33,662 nucleotides of DNA from an uncultured Anaerolineaceae bacterium. Its GTDB lineage: Bacteria > Chloroflexota > Anaerolineae > Anaerolineales > DRMV01. The stretch is taken from NCBI GenBank assembly GCA_964474015.1, contig CAYYRG010000002.1, positions 10,581-44,242 of the forward strand, given 5' to 3'. The notes beneath the pieces were generated by a model. It was not told the DNA's origin, ran no database searches, and saw only the letters and a program-made list of their open reading frames with translations. Shown here piece by piece: positions 33,517 to 33,662 of the stretch. Position 1 is the stretch's first letter; each line of letters begins with the position of its first letter. A program made the position numbers and the translations under genes.

Positions 33517-33662
33517 TCAATATGCTCGCGCGAAATACAGTTTGTGCTTCGCGGGCTTGCCGCAGTAGATGCACTTCTGCCCTGCGGCGCTTTCGCCCTC
33601 CAGGGGAATGCAGCGGGTGGTGGCTTTGGTTTCGGCTTTGATGGCCGCTTCGCATTCGGGGT
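33517..33662 (-). CDS. proS: Proline--tRNA ligase, archaeal/eukaryote-like type, C-terminal fragment (partial, continues beyond the window)
   Basis: Minus-strand translation is ...PECEAAIKAETKATTRCIPLEGESAAGQKCIYCGKPAKHKLYFARAY*. This is the zinc-binding C-terminal domain ending in a terminal Tyr that characterises this ProRS class. Stop TGA at 33519-33517. Confidence 0.65.
   Translation of the reverse strand, partial: PECEAAIKAETKATTRCIPLEGESAAGQKCIYCGKPAKHKLYFARAY

Noticed and set aside
1-33662. Search for CRISPR arrays, transposases, integrases, restriction-modification systems or known defence modules
   Set aside because: None was found. No spaced direct-repeat arrays, no DDE, tyrosine or serine recombinase motifs and no nuclease/ATPase gene pairs of unknown function were seen. 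The only accessory-looking segment is the DUF4160/DUF2442 cassette.

Overview
High-GC bacterial chromosomal window (hand counts of 120-nt samples give about 66% GC in typical genes), densely coding on both strands and mostly housekeeping. The taxon cannot be fixed from the sequence. The type-2 IDI, ADP-forming acetyl-CoA synthetase, archaeal-type ProRS tail and FemAB gene fit a Chloroflexota- or Deinococcota-like lineage, but that is inference only.

Gene content, left to right:
- A low-GC DUF4160/DUF2442 gene pair bracketed by a direct repeat.
- A TPP-riboswitch-controlled thiamine salvage operon (thiamine pyrophosphokinase, YkoE-like ECF S component, YkoD-like duplicated ATPase).
- A hypothetical protein followed by ADP-forming acetyl-CoA synthetase.
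- tRNA-Val(UAC), an MBL-fold hydrolase, and a FemAB / prepilin peptidase / SH3-anchor envelope cluster.
- A histidine phosphatase, a PanE-like reductase and tdk.
- A degenerate ProRS-like protein, a DUF1540 protein with a polyacidic tail, VKOR and Rel.
- ScpA, a DUF255 thioredoxin-domain protein, udk, a DedA/YqaA-like protein and an M20 peptidase.
- A multi-domain histidine kinase with an OmpR-type regulator, then mnmA.
- sucCD, a lipoprotein and acpP.
- A type-2 IDI plus polyprenyl synthase operon, and the 3-prime end of an archaeal-type proS.

I found no CRISPR array, transposase, integrase or recognisable multi-gene defence system.

The items most worth a second look:
1. The repeat-bracketed, compositionally foreign DUF4160/DUF2442 cassette.
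2. A full-length bacterial-type ProRS paralog. It has lost class II motifs 2 and 3 but keeps the INS editing and anticodon-binding domains, and an archaeal-type ProRS gene lies in the same window.
3. A DUF1540 cysteine protein with a 30-residue D/E-rich tail next to VKOR.
4. A recurring extended -10 box placed 6-7 nt before ATG, which suggests leaderless transcripts.
5. A thiamine ECF operon with no T component.

All functional calls come from motif recognition by eye. No searches were run.
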